This document shows, one piece after another, positions 26,941 through 37,994 of a DNA stretch of 64,000 nt. The notes under the pieces were generated by a model. The model did no database searches, was not told the origin of the DNA, and worked only from the letters and a program-made list of their open reading frames with translations. Source of the DNA: a bacterium. GTDB lineage: Bacteria > UBA10199 > 2-02-FULL-44-16 > JAAZCA01. Both the position numbers and the translations under genes were made by a program. The stretch spans positions 192,001-256,000 of the forward strand of contig CAXXGI010000001.1 in NCBI GenBank assembly GCA_963674695.2, read 5' to 3'. The number at the start of each line of letters is the position of its first letter. The stretch's first letter is position 1.

Positions 26941-29346
26941 TTACCACGGTTGGAAGGATTCGAGTTGGACCTTGTCGAGGTCGATGGCGATGAGATTGAA
27001 GCCGGCGCCGACGTAGAGGGTGCCGCCTTGGAGGGCCATGGCGGTGGGGGCGGCCGGGAGGGTGGCGTATCCCTGGAACTCCTCGCCGCCGTCGGCGCTC
27101 ATGTCGATGAAGAGGACGTGACCGATCTCGCCGCCGGCGCGCGTCCACATGGGGAGTTCGTCCTCGCCCTCCGGGCGGATGGCGATGTAGGCCTTCGATC
27201 CATCGACCGCGATGTCGACGATGCGCATATCCTGAACCGGAAGCGAAATCGAACGCTCGATGGGGGTGACCTCGTCCTCCAGATCGACCGTGAACAGCGC
27301 AGCGTTCGGCTGTTCGACGCCGAGATAGACGCGCCGTCCGGTCTCATCGAAGACGATCTCCGACATCGGGGCGATACGAACCTCGCCGAGCGGGATGATG
27401 CGCTTGCGCTGGATCTCGAACGGCTCCGGATCGAAAAGCGAGATGCTGGCCTCGTAATCGTCGTCTGGATTCACCTGTCCCGCATTGAGCGCGACGAGGA
27501 TCTCCTGATCGCCCTCGCCCACGTCGAGCATCGTGGTACCGAGCGCGGAGAGATTGATGCCGCCGGTAAAACCAAGATGTTCCAAATCGCCGTAGGGTTC
27601 TCCCTCGTCGCCGAAGCAGAGGATCGTGCCCTGCACGAAACGTCCCGGCGCATCGCCCACATCGCGCGTCCTCATGACAAAACGGCTGCGATCCAGATCG
27701 ATGGTCAGCGAAGGGAAATCACCAAACGCCTGAGCCAACGGATTGATCCCCTGCTCCTTCAGCGAAGGCAGGATGCCCGTGAATCGAAACTCCGCCTCTT
27801 CATCGCCCCCTTCGGCATCATCGATCTCAGGGGAGAGTGCCTCGACAAAACCGACTTCGATATGACGCACACCGGAAGCGTCCACCCCGCCGCGACGTAC
27901 GATGGCAAAGGGCTCTCCCTCTTCCGGCAGCATCATCTCGTCATCCTCGATATCGCCACCCGCATCCGGCATGGGCGCAACAGCGCTGCGCATATATTCC
28001 ACGCCCGCATGATACCAATTGGCACTGGAGATGAAGATACGATCGCGATCGGGCGCGGTGGAATGATGATAGGCGATTCCGCCCGGATAGGTGGGCGTGT
28101 AGAGCGGCCCGATGCCGGGGATGACGATCTCATCGATCTGCGTATGAGAGACGAGAGCCTCCTCGGCTTCAAGGCCCTCTTCCATCACGAGGTAATCGAT
28201 CGGCGTGCCCACATCCATCGGGGCCCCGTCGGCGACGATATAACCATGCGAGAGCGCGGCGCGCGCAACGGGTGAAACCCCCTCGGGGAGCTCGGCGCTC
28301 ACCTGGCAATCGACATCCTCGATGCCATCGACGGCACAGGCATAGGTCGCCATCGGGGCATCGCCATAGAGGGCGAGCCCGCCATCGACGGCATCGATGT
28401 CGACGATCGGCGCATCGAAGACCGCAGCGGTGTAGTTGATCCCCGGCGGCGGCGGATCCTCCTCCTCCAATTCCGCATCCGGCTCGGGGTCGACATCCTC
28501 GTCGATATCGCCATCAACGTCATGCTCGGGTTCGAGTTCCGGCTCGAGTTCGGGTTCGAGTTCGGGTTCGAGTTCGGGCTCGAGCTCCGGCTCGAGTTCG
28601 GGTTCGAGTTCGGGCTCGAGCTCGGGCTCGAGTTCGGGCTCGAGTTCGGGTTCGAGTTCGGGCTCGGCATCGACCTCTTCATCACCGTCGACGGGATGCT
28701 CCTCTTCAATATCAGGATCCTCATCAACATCAGCATCATCATCGATGTCAGGCTCTTCGTCGACCTCCTCGTCGCCGTCGACCGGTTCGTCCTCTTCGAT
28801 CTCCGGTTCTTCGTCGACCTCCTCGTCGCCATCGATCGGCTTCTCCTCGATATCCCGATCCCCATCGATCGGCTCGAGCTCCCCATCGACATCCCCATCC
28901 TCGGAGATATCGACGTCCTCGGGCCGATCCCCATCAACGGAAGGATCGCCGTCCGCTTCATACTCATCGCCATCGAAAGGCGTCGTATGCGGCGAGGAAC
29001 AACCGAAGCCGACACTCGCCCCGTGGCCGATGGAGACATGCAGTCGATCGAGCGCATGTTCGAGCTTTGCAGCGGCACTGGAGAGACCGGCGGCCTCACC
29101 GTAATACAACAGGGGACTTCCGAAGAGGCTGACCGCCCCCCCGCCAACGCCACCACGCAGGAGATACTGCAGCAGATGATACTGGTCCTGGGCAAGCCCC
29201 AACGTGCCGGGCTTGACGAGGGGATCGTTGATGTCGGTGGGATCGAGGCGCCCGTCGCCGGGAGTGGCGTCGAGCCGACGCAGCGTCTCGTTATAGCGCT
29301 GCATCAGAAGTCGTGCCCTGGTTTCGAGGTCGTTCACGGCGCTCAT
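26941..29346 (-). CDS. Orphan protein with acidic repeat stalk and probable C-terminal beta-propeller
   Basis: DGDEE repeats and (EPEL)n, then beta-rich blades (IVDIAVDGSKAYIA, LALQGG-like MALQGGTLYVG). RBS GGGAG. Confidence 0.7.
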   Translation of the reverse strand: MSAVNDLETRARLLMQRYNETLRRLDATPGDGRLDPTDINDPLVKPGTLGLAQDQYHLLQYLLRGGVGGGAVSLFGSPLLYYGEAAGLSSAAAKLEHALDRLHVSIGHGASVGFGCSSPHTTPFDGDEYEADGDPSVDGDRPEDVDISEDGDVDGELEPIDGDRDIEEKPIDGDEEVDEEPEIEEDEPVDGDEEVDEEPDIDDDADVDEDPDIEEEHPVDGDEEVDAEPELEPELEPELEPELEPELEPELEPELEPELEPELEPELEPELEPEHDVDGDIDEDVDPEPDAELEEEDPPPPGINYTAAVFDAPIVDIDAVDGGLALYGDAPMATYACAVDGIEDVDCQVSAELPEGVSPVARAALSHGYIVADGAPMDVGTPIDYLVMEEGLEAEEALVSHTQIDEIVIPGIGPLYTPTYPGGIAYHHSTAPDRDRIFISSANWYHAGVEYMRSAVAPMPDAGGDIEDDEMMLPEEGEPFAIVRRGGVDASGVRHIEVGFVEALSPEIDDAEGGDEEAEFRFTGILPSLKEQGINPLAQAFGDFPSLTIDLDRSRFVMRTRDVGDAPGRFVQGTILCFGDEGEPYGDLEHLGFTGGINLSALGTTMLDVGEGDQEILVALNAGQVNPDDDYEASISLFDPEPFEIQRKRIIPLGEVRIAPMSEIVFDETGRRVYLGVEQPNAALFTVDLEDEVTPIERSISLPVQDMRIVDIAVDGSKAYIAIRPEGEDELPMWTRAGGEIGHVLFIDMSADGGEEFQGYATLPAAPTAMALQGGTLYVGAGFNLIAIDLDKVQLESFQPW
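28525..28665 (-). repeat. Coding 12-bp tandem repeat encoding (EPEL)x11
   Basis: Repeated gagttcgggytc units. Confidence 0.95.
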
Positions 29347-29373
29347 CACAACTCCCGTAAAGAGCAACAGACT

Positions 29374-29404
29374 GGATTCCCGCTTTCCCCTTGCGGGAAT
29401 GACA
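29374..29404. repeat. Single REP-like half element
   Basis: ggattcccgc...gcgggaatgaca. Confidence 0.65.
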
Positions 29405-29413
29405 TGCTCCCCC

Positions 29414-29440
29414 TTATCGCATAACTCCCGAAAAAGTTGC
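29414..29440 (-). promoter_or_regulatory. Sigma28-like promoter motif
   Basis: GCAAC-N14-TGCGATAA. Confidence 0.65.
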
Positions 29441-29491
29441 GTCTTTTTTGGCCAGACCGCAAACCCGCATTCAGAAGAGCATTGCGGCCCG

Positions 29492-30922
29492 TCACCCCAC
29501 GTTCATATATTCCCGGACCCGCAGTTCAACGCCGAGCTGGGCCGCTTTTTTGCGGCAGGCCTCGACATCGACTCCCGGCATCGCCACGATCGAGGCGACC
29601 ACCTCCGGGATAAAGCGCTTTGCATCCGTGATAAAGGCGCAGACCGCCTTATAAGCCGCTTCCCCATGTTTGGAGGGGCAGATCCCGACATAAGCCTTCG
29701 CCTCCGGCGCATTGAGCGAAACGCTCACCGCGTCGATGAGGCCCGCCAGCTCTGACGGAATGTCACGGCCATGCACGAGACTGGCCAACCCGTCGGTGTT
29801 GAGCCGGATGCGACGCACCCCGCGTTTCTTCAACGCACGCGCCACCTCTTCGACCACATCGATGCGCAGCGTCGGCTCCCCATAACCGCAGAAGACGATC
29901 TCCTCATACGCATTCGGATCGCCGATCGCGTCGAGCACTTCCTGCACACTCGGTTCGCGCTCGAGTTTCAAGTAGTGCCCCTTCACCTCGAAGTCGATCG
30001 CCTTCGTACAGAAGCGACAGGCGAGCGAACAGCGATTGGTGATGTTGAGGTAGAGCGCGTTGCGAATGGGATAGGCGATCTGCGCGGCGAGCACCACACC
30101 CGGAAGACCGAAGAGACGCCGCGCATTGAGCGTGGTGATGCGCGCGACATCCTCGAACGCCAGCCCTTTGAGCGCAGCGATCTTCTCGGCAACACCGCGC
30201 ACAAAGGCCGGTTCGTTGCGCTTCCCCCGATGCGGCACCGGCGCGAGAAAGGGACAATCGGTCTCGATGAGCATGCGTTCGATGGGAATGGCACGCACCA
30301 CATCGTGCAGGACGCTGGCCTTCGGGAAGGTGACGATGCCGGGGATGGAGATCAAAAAACCCGCATCGATCGCACGCTCGGCAAAAGCGACGTCGCCTGA
30401 GAAACAGTGAAAGACGCCGCCGCAGTGCCCGACGCCCGATTCCTCGATGAGCGCCCAGGTCTCCTCATGCGCTTCGCGATCGTGGATGACGACCGGTTTA
30501 TCGATGCGACGTGCCAACGCCAACATTTCGGCAAAGATGCGACGCTGCACATCGTGTGGCGAGTGATCGTAGTGAAAATCGAGGCCGATCTCACCGATGG
30601 CGACCACCTTCTCGTTCGCCGCCAACTGCTCCATCCGCTCCATCCAGGCGGCATCAACTTCGCTCGCCTCGTGCGGATGTCCACCGACGGTGGCAAAGAG
30701 GCGCGCGTCAGTCTCGGCCAGCGCAATCGCCTCCTCGTTTCCCTTCAACCCCGCACCGGAACCGACGAGGACAATCGCCCCCAGGCCCGCCTCCCATGCG
30801 CGCGCGAGCGCCGCGTCGCGGTCGTCGTCGAACGCCGGAAAGGAGAGGTGCGCGTGCGTGTCGATGAGCTCGACCTCGCACGCGTGCACGCCATCACCGT
30901 TGTTATTCGTGGTTGTGGTCAT
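29492..30922 (-). CDS. TatD-family hydrolase fused to a TatD-associated radical SAM domain
   Basis: IDTHAH, GEIGLDF and ETDCPF, followed by LYLNITNRCSLACRFC (CxxxCxxC) and FCGYGEP. Confidence 0.92.
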   Translation of the reverse strand: MTTTTNNNGDGVHACEVELIDTHAHLSFPAFDDDRDAALARAWEAGLGAIVLVGSGAGLKGNEEAIALAETDARLFATVGGHPHEASEVDAAWMERMEQLAANEKVVAIGEIGLDFHYDHSPHDVQRRIFAEMLALARRIDKPVVIHDREAHEETWALIEESGVGHCGGVFHCFSGDVAFAERAIDAGFLISIPGIVTFPKASVLHDVVRAIPIERMLIETDCPFLAPVPHRGKRNEPAFVRGVAEKIAALKGLAFEDVARITTLNARRLFGLPGVVLAAQIAYPIRNALYLNITNRCSLACRFCTKAIDFEVKGHYLKLEREPSVQEVLDAIGDPNAYEEIVFCGYGEPTLRIDVVEEVARALKKRGVRRIRLNTDGLASLVHGRDIPSELAGLIDAVSVSLNAPEAKAYVGICPSKHGEAAYKAVCAFITDAKRFIPEVVASIVAMPGVDVEACRKKAAQLGVELRVREYMNVG

Positions 30923-31625
30923 TCGGGTTGTCGATCACTTTTCCGGACAACGTTATTTCCGTCTCGTCCCTGCGGGGAAAGTCGTCATCGAAAGCAGCGA
31001 GCATCCGGTCAAAGAGTTGGACGAAGGGAGCCTCGGCGGTTGCCTGTGCAAAACGACGTGCGCGGGTCAAATAATTGCGACTCTCATCCACACCCCAACC
31101 CCGTTTGAGCAAAGCCTCGACCAGCTCAAAATCGATATTCTTGGCCGAAACGAAGCCATGAAAATCATCGCCAAAGGATTTATTCAGCATCTCGACCGCT
31201 TTGCGCTTTTCGCCCTTGCGCACGTGGGCCAGACCCATGGTGCTGTAGGCCTGATGTGCAAAGACCGGATTGTCGGGGATGATCTCGAGCACCTTCTTCG
31301 CCTTTCGAATGGCCTGGCCATATTCAGCGAACTGATCGATGAGCAGGCGCGCCGAGATAATCTTGAGCGCCGGATCCTGGGGGAGGAGTTTTTCCGCGCG
31401 CTGGTAGTGTTTCCAGGCGGTCTTGTATTCCCCCTGCACCTTGGACAGAACGCCCATCACCGAATGATAGAGGGCGATGGCCGCATCGTCATCGGTGCGC
31501 GCCATGTTCGAGGCGATGAGCTTTTCGGCGTCATCGTACTGCTTCGCGCCGATGAGCTCGAATGCGCGCATACAGACATCCGAAGGGTTCACCGATGAGT
31601 TCTCTTTTTTGTTTGGATCAATCAT
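30903..31625 (-). CDS. TPR-repeat hypothetical protein
   Basis: Helical TPR-like pattern, overlapping the TatD gene start. Confidence 0.65.
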   Translation of the reverse strand: MIDPNKKENSSVNPSDVCMRAFELIGAKQYDDAEKLIASNMARTDDDAAIALYHSVMGVLSKVQGEYKTAWKHYQRAEKLLPQDPALKIISARLLIDQFAEYGQAIRKAKKVLEIIPDNPVFAHQAYSTMGLAHVRKGEKRKAVEMLNKSFGDDFHGFVSAKNIDFELVEALLKRGWGVDESRNYLTRARRFAQATAEAPFVQLFDRMLAAFDDDFPRRDETEITLSGKVIDNPNDHNHE

Positions 31626-31672
31626 AACACCCGTGATTCGTGAACCGTGACCCGTGACCCGAAAAAAACCGT

Positions 31673-32449
31673 TTACGGCATGGCCAGTACAGTCATCATC
31701 TCTTCGTGAATATGCCCATTCGATGCCAGGATCTCGCGACCATAGAGATCGTAGGGCGAGGCGTCAAATGCCGTCACACGACCGCCGGCCTCGCGGATGA
31801 GCAGCACGCCCGCGGCCATATCCCAGGGTTTCAAAAAGAACTCCCAGAACCCATCGACGCGCCCACAGGCAACCCATGCCAGATCGATGGCCGCTGAACC
31901 GGGACGGCGCACCGCGCGCGCCGTCTTCACAAAATGCCCGAAATGATCGAGATTGTCGAGGGCCTCTCCCTCCTGCACGTTATAGGCGAACCCCGTGGCG
32001 ACGAGCGATTGGCGAAGGCCCGCGGCCTCGGAGACATGAATCGGCGCCCCATTCAGCCGCGCGCCCTGGCCGCGCTGGGCCGTAAAGCACTCATCCCGGT
32101 TCGGATCGTAGATGACCGCGGCCTCGAGCTGGCCGTCGCACTCCAAGGCGATGGAGACGCAGAAGAAGGGGAAGGCATGGGCGTAGTTGACCGTGCCGTC
32201 GAGCGGATCGATGATCCAGCGCCGCCCGGAGGCACTGCGCTCGCCGCTGCCCTCCTCGGCGAGGATGTCGTCGCCCGGAAAACGACGCCCAATGGCACCG
32301 ACGATGAGGTCCTCGCACTGCCGATCGACCTCGGTGACGAGGTTGATGACGCCCTTATATTCGATCTGATGGGAACGCCCGAGACCATCGAGCTGGATGC
32401 GGCCGGCCTGACGGGCGATTTCTTCCATGAAGGCGATAGGATCGTTCAT
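31673..32449 (-). CDS. suhB: Inositol monophosphatase family protein
   Basis: LVTEVD, WIIDPLDGT, RRPGSAA and PWDMAAG. Confidence 0.92.
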   Translation of the reverse strand: MNDPIAFMEEIARQAGRIQLDGLGRSHQIEYKGVINLVTEVDRQCEDLIVGAIGRRFPGDDILAEEGSGERSASGRRWIIDPLDGTVNYAHAFPFFCVSIALECDGQLEAAVIYDPNRDECFTAQRGQGARLNGAPIHVSEAAGLRQSLVATGFAYNVQEGEALDNLDHFGHFVKTARAVRRPGSAAIDLAWVACGRVDGFWEFFLKPWDMAAGVLLIREAGGRVTAFDASPYDLYGREILASNGHIHEEMMTVLAMP

Positions 32450-32532
32450 TCAATTTCCCCTGATTTTTCAAGAGGGTAGCACGGAGATGCCGGGAGAGTC
32501 AACCACAGCCCCGGATAGGACGCGGCATCCGA

Positions 32533-33216
32533 TTAGAGTGTCCGGGCGATGGTGATCACATCCACCTGCTCCGCGCCGGCCCGCATCAGCACGCGTGCGC
32601 ATTCGTTGACCGTGGCGCCGGTGGTGAGGACATCGTCGATGAGAAGCAGACGCTGTCCCTTGAGGCGCACCGCGTCAGCACGCCTGACAGCGAACGCGCC
32701 GCGCATGTTCTGCAGGCGCTCGCTCCGAGAGAGATCCACCTGCGGAGGAACATCGCGCAGACGTTCGAGCGCCTCGCACCAGACCGGGCAATCGAGCGTG
32801 CGGCCCAATCGCTTCGCGATGAGCGCGCTCTGGTTGTAGCCGCGCGCGCGCAGTCGCTTGGCGTGGAGGGGAACCGGAACGATGGCATCGAAGGGGCCGA
32901 GCGATCGCGCCTCCTCGGCGAGCAGATCGCCCCCGTATCGCGCCAGATCCAGGCGCGCCCCATACTTATAGGCGTGCAACGCCTCGCGCAGTTTTCCCTC
33001 GAAGGCAAATCGAGAGCGACAGCGTGAAAACCAGATGCGATCCAGATGGGAAAGGGAGGGTTCGGCGATGAGCGGCCGAAGCAAAAGCGCACACTCGTGG
33101 CACGGACGGTCTCGAACGAATACGAGCTGATCACAGAGGGGACAACGCGGGGGGTAGAGGGCGTCTCCAACAGCAGCGGCCATTCGTTGCCACCATGTCG
33201 ATGCGCCATCGGTCAT
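32533..33216 (-). CDS. comF: ComF-family phosphoribosyltransferase-like protein
   Basis: YPPRCPLC, PVPLH...RGYNQS and LLIDDVLTTGAT. Confidence 0.88.
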   Translation of the reverse strand: MTDGASTWWQRMAAAVGDALYPPRCPLCDQLVFVRDRPCHECALLLRPLIAEPSLSHLDRIWFSRCRSRFAFEGKLREALHAYKYGARLDLARYGGDLLAEEARSLGPFDAIVPVPLHAKRLRARGYNQSALIAKRLGRTLDCPVWCEALERLRDVPPQVDLSRSERLQNMRGAFAVRRADAVRLKGQRLLLIDDVLTTGATVNECARVLMRAGAEQVDVITIARTL

Positions 33217-33251
33217 CGCTATCGGCTCCTTATTACGCGGGCGATTAAATA

Positions 33252-33381
33252 GAACCTGTCGGGAAAAGGGTTTTGTCGTCATTCCCGCGGAGGCGGGAAT
33301 CTCGAAGTACTTGAAAAATCGAGATTCCCGCCTGCGCGGGAATGACAAAAACCAGTGGAATCGTCATTTCCCGACAGACAC
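33252..33381. mobile_element. 130-bp MITE family 2 (imperfect 15-bp TIR, TA flanks) carrying a REP doublet
   Basis: TA|gaacctgtcgggaaa...tttcccgacagacac|TA. Confidence 0.75.
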
Positions 33382-33395
33382 TATTTATCGCCGGA

Positions 33396-33761
33396 TTAAT
33401 ATTGTGCAGTGATCCCCTTGAAGTTCACCCGCGGGGCGTCGAACCAGAGTTTTTCGAGGGCATAGTGTTCGCGATCGTCGCGATAGAAGACGTGCGTGAC
33501 CACATCACCATAGTCGAGCAGCGCCCAATGGCCGGAACCCACACCCTCTTCCCCCAGCGGAATACGACCGCCCTCCTTCTTGACGTCATCGTGCACCGCC
33601 CGCGCGATCGCCTGCACCTGCCGATCGGAATTTCCGCTGCAGATCACAAAGTAATCGGTGAAACTCGTGAGCTTACGCAGATCGAGGACGAGGATCTCCT
33701 CGCCCTTCATCTCACCTGCAATCGTTGCGATCTGTTTAGCCAAAGCTCGAGATGTCATCAT
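33396..33761 (-). CDS. rsfS: Ribosome silencing factor
   Basis: TDYFVICSGNSDRQV, WALLDYGDVVTHVF and YALEKLW. Confidence 0.95.
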   Translation of the reverse strand: MMTSRALAKQIATIAGEMKGEEILVLDLRKLTSFTDYFVICSGNSDRQVQAIARAVHDDVKKEGGRIPLGEEGVGSGHWALLDYGDVVTHVFYRDDREHYALEKLWFDAPRVNFKGITAQY

Positions 33762-34780
33762 CCCTCCTGATTTGTATTCTGCGTCGCCAACTTTGCATTG
33801 ACTGCATGCAGAAGAGGCGCAATTCCCTCACGGGTTGCGGCTGAAACAGAATAAATTTCCCCTGCCCCTGCCGCCTTGAGTGCAGAGATGGCGTCGTCGT
33901 GAATGGCGACGACATCGGGCAGATCCATCTTGGTGAGCACGACGATCTCCGGACGCTCGGCCATGTCGGCACGATAGGATTCCAGTTCATGCCGAATGCC
34001 GCGCCAACTCTCGACCGGATCGGGATGCGCGGGATCGTTGAGATCGATCAGATGCAACAGGACGCGCGTGCGCTCGATATGGCGCAAGAACTGGATGCCC
34101 ATCCCCGCGCCCTGGTGCGCGCCCTCGATGAGGCCGGGGATATCGGCCATGACAAAGCTCGACCCTTCATCCATGCGCACGAGTCCCAAGCTCGGAACCT
34201 TGGTCGTGAAGGGATAATCGGCGACCTTCGGCCGCGCATTCGACACCGCTGAAATGAGCGTCGACTTTCCCGCATTGGGCAGGCCCACGAGTCCGACATC
34301 GGCCAGGAGCTTGAGTTCCAGCCGCAGCTTGCGGCTCTCGCCCTTCGTTCCCAGCGTGGCCTCGCGCGGCGCCTGGTTGGTCGCCGTGGCGAAGTGCATA
34401 TTGCCCAGCCCCCCGCGCCCGCCTTTCGCCGCGATCCACTCGGATCCAGCATCATCCAGATCGGCGATCGCCTCATTGCTGTCGGCATCGAAGACCATCG
34501 TCCCCTGCGGCACGCGCACGATGCAATCATCGCCACCGGCACCGTTCATCTGTTTGCCCAAACCGTGGTTGCCGCGCCCCGACTTAAAGCGGCGCCGATA
34601 ACGCACATCCAGGAGCGTCGAGAGACCTTCGTCCACCCGCAGAATCACGTCGCCGCCGCTGCCGCCATCGCCGCCGTTTGGCCCGCCCAGGGGGACATAC
34701 TTCTCCCGACGGAAGCTGACACATCCGTTGCCGCCATCTCCGGCGATGACTTCAATTGTGGTTTCGTCGATGAAATGCAT
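33758..34780 (-). CDS. obgE: GTPase Obg/CgtA
   Basis: FIDE...GDGGNGCVSFRREK, GLPNAGKS and ADIPGLIEGA. Confidence 0.97.
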   Translation of the reverse strand: MHFIDETTIEVIAGDGGNGCVSFRREKYVPLGGPNGGDGGSGGDVILRVDEGLSTLLDVRYRRRFKSGRGNHGLGKQMNGAGGDDCIVRVPQGTMVFDADSNEAIADLDDAGSEWIAAKGGRGGLGNMHFATATNQAPREATLGTKGESRKLRLELKLLADVGLVGLPNAGKSTLISAVSNARPKVADYPFTTKVPSLGLVRMDEGSSFVMADIPGLIEGAHQGAGMGIQFLRHIERTRVLLHLIDLNDPAHPDPVESWRGIRHELESYRADMAERPEIVVLTKMDLPDVVAIHDDAISALKAAGAGEIYSVSAATREGIAPLLHAVNAKLATQNTNQEG

Positions 34781-34824
34781 GTGAGAACAGTTGAAAGTTA
34801 AAAGCTAAAAGTTGAAAGCCAACC

Positions 34825-34854
34825 AAAAGAAAACCCTCTGACATGCAGAGGGTT
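34825..34854 (-). terminator. Intrinsic terminator between rpmA and obgE
   Basis: Minus strand aaccctctg-catgt-cagagggtt-ttctttt. Confidence 0.6.
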
Positions 34855-34881
34855 ATCGGTCCTCATCAATTCCCACCACGA

Positions 34882-35136
34882 TCACTCCGGCATGACATGG
34901 GCATATTTGCGATCGCCTCGACAAACCTGATAGGAGACGACGCCGTCGATCTTGGCAAAGAGCGTGCAGTCCTTACCCATACCGACGTTCCGGCCCGGAT
35001 GGATCTTCGTGCCACACTGCCGCGTCAGAATGTTGCCCGCCTTGACGACCTGACCACCGTAGCGCTTCACGCCCCGGCGCTGTCCCCGGCTGTCACGACC
35101 ATTTTTTGCCGCACCTGCTGATTTTTTATGTGCCAT
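34882..35136 (-). CDS. rpmA: 50S ribosomal protein L27
   Basis: MAHKKSAG...NGRDS..QRRGVK. Confidence 0.97.
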   Translation of the reverse strand: MAHKKSAGAAKNGRDSRGQRRGVKRYGGQVVKAGNILTRQCGTKIHPGRNVGMGKDCTLFAKIDGVVSYQVCRGDRKYAHVMPE

Positions 35137-35150
35137 TGTTCCCTCCGGGA

Positions 35151-35263
35151 GAAATCCAAAATCCAAAACTCAAAATCCAAAACAATTCCTCAATTTCAAT
35201 TTCTACAACAGTGAATGCACATTGGACATTGGAACTTGAGGCTTGCTTCGTCATTTGGATTTC
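35151..35263. repeat. Heptamer-periodic foldback insertion between rplU and rpmA
   Basis: The ends gaaatccaaa and tttggatttc are complementary. Internal units follow the aaatcca / ttggaca pattern. Confidence 0.7.
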
Positions 35264-35575
35264 TTATGCATTGATCTTCGTGATCTTGATCTCCGTAAAC
35301 AGCTGACGATGGCCGCGCTTGACCTCATAGCCCTTGCGACGCTTTTTCTTATAGACCATGACTTTGCGGTCCTTGGCCTGACGGCGAATCTCGATCGACA
35401 CGGTCGCACCATCGACCTGAGGCGTCCCAATTTTCGGCGCCCCATTTCCACCGATCATGAGCACCTCGCTCAAATCGATCGTCTGGCCGACCTCACCCTC
35501 GAGTTTTTCGACTTTGAGGAGAGCCCCCTCATTGACCTTGTATTGTTTCCCACCTGTTTGAATGACAGCGTACAC
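35264..35575 (-). CDS. rplU: 50S ribosomal protein L21
   Basis: YAVIQTGGKQYKV...KKKRRKGY..KRGHRQ. Confidence 0.97.
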   Translation of the reverse strand: MYAVIQTGGKQYKVNEGALLKVEKLEGEVGQTIDLSEVLMIGGNGAPKIGTPQVDGATVSIEIRRQAKDRKVMVYKKKRRKGYEVKRGHRQLFTEIKITKINA

Positions 35576-35722
35576 GGCAAACTCCTTTATTATTCGAATA
35601 GCTAGCTGCTCGAAAATGAGCGCACCTCTCTAGCCCGAGAGGCCAGGGCAAGTCAACGAAAAAGCCGTTTTTCCGTGCGGGCATGCCGGAAGCGAGGAAA
35701 GGGCACAAGAGAAAGAAACCGC

Positions 35723-35750
35723 GCAACTTTCGGGGCCCTGCAACCGAGAA
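35723..35750 (+). promoter_or_regulatory. Sigma28-like promoter motif (weaker)
   Basis: GCAAC-N15-ACCGAGAA, 7 nt before an ATG with no RBS (possibly leaderless). Confidence 0.5.
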
Positions 35751-35757
35751 TCATTAT

Positions 35758-36015
35758 ATGAAGGTCCTGATCACAGCACTCATCCTGCTCGCCCTCATCC
35801 TGGCGCTCTCTCCCACAGCAGTGGCGCGTGAACCGCGTAACCCCCTGGATAAACGGGACAAATCAGACATCGCTGTGCCCGACCGGAGGCCCCAGTCCGA
35901 CCTGCTGCACGCGGCCGAGCGCTTCTCGAACGGCACCACCATGCGCCCCCGGGAGGTCGACAACGTCCGCGTCCACCTGGAACCGACCCGAGCAGCGATT
36001 TCGATTTCATTTTAA
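35758..36015 (+). CDS. Small secreted hypothetical protein
   Basis: Signal peptide MKVLITALILLALILALSPTAVA and C-terminal Phe. Confidence 0.6.
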   Translation: MKVLITALILLALILALSPTAVAREPRNPLDKRDKSDIAVPDRRPQSDLLHAAERFSNGTTMRPREVDNVRVHLEPTRAAISISF

Positions 36016-36055
36016 GAGAACCTTCCGAGACCTTCACTCCACCCAGTCGGGGCAT

Positions 36056-36264
36056 TCACCCCGCCTGAAGTCGTTTTTCGATCGCCTCCCAGACATCCTC
36101 GAGCCCCATGCGCTCGACCCAGACAACGATATAGTCACGATCGATCTGATCGCTCGACACCTTGAGCATACCGACGATGTCACGAAGGTGTTTTTCCGAA
36201 CCCCCTTCGCGATAATAGGCCATCTTTTTTCCGACACATACGCGATGAGCTCAGACAGCTCCAT
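36056..36264 (-). pseudogene. Internally deleted, frameshifted nucleotidyltransferase-like gene
   Basis: The MELSELIAYVSEK start is joined out of frame to KKMAYYREGGSEKHLRDIVGMLKVSSDQIDRDYIVVWVERMGLEDVW. Confidence 0.7.
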
Positions 36265-36466
36265 GCGACATCCTCCTGGCCACCTCATGTTCGAGCCGAG
36301 CCTCATCCCAATCGGAAAAACGCGATCGAAGTGAAAACAGCAAGAGGTTCCGCGTCGAGCGCCACATGCCATCCGCAATCTCGAGACGTTCCTGATGAGA
36401 CTTTCCGCGAAGAACGCCCACCATCACATCATCGATTGCTTCAATTTGCCCGGCATCGAGCCTCAT
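36251..36466 (-). CDS. Small hypothetical protein, probable partner of the nucleotidyltransferase
   Basis: IEAIDDVMVGVLRGKS..ERLEIA..MW...EVARRM, overlapping the downstream start. Confidence 0.65.
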   Translation of the reverse strand: MRLDAGQIEAIDDVMVGVLRGKSHQERLEIADGMWRSTRNLLLFSLRSRFSDWDEARLEHEVARRMSHGAV

Positions 36467-36488
36467 GAACAACTCCTATCGCCCCCAT

Positions 36489-37994
<1,506 letters not shown>

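Noticed and set aside
29492-30922. TatD-radical SAM fusion as a novelty
   Set aside because: This association is already known, so it is listed as a feature only.
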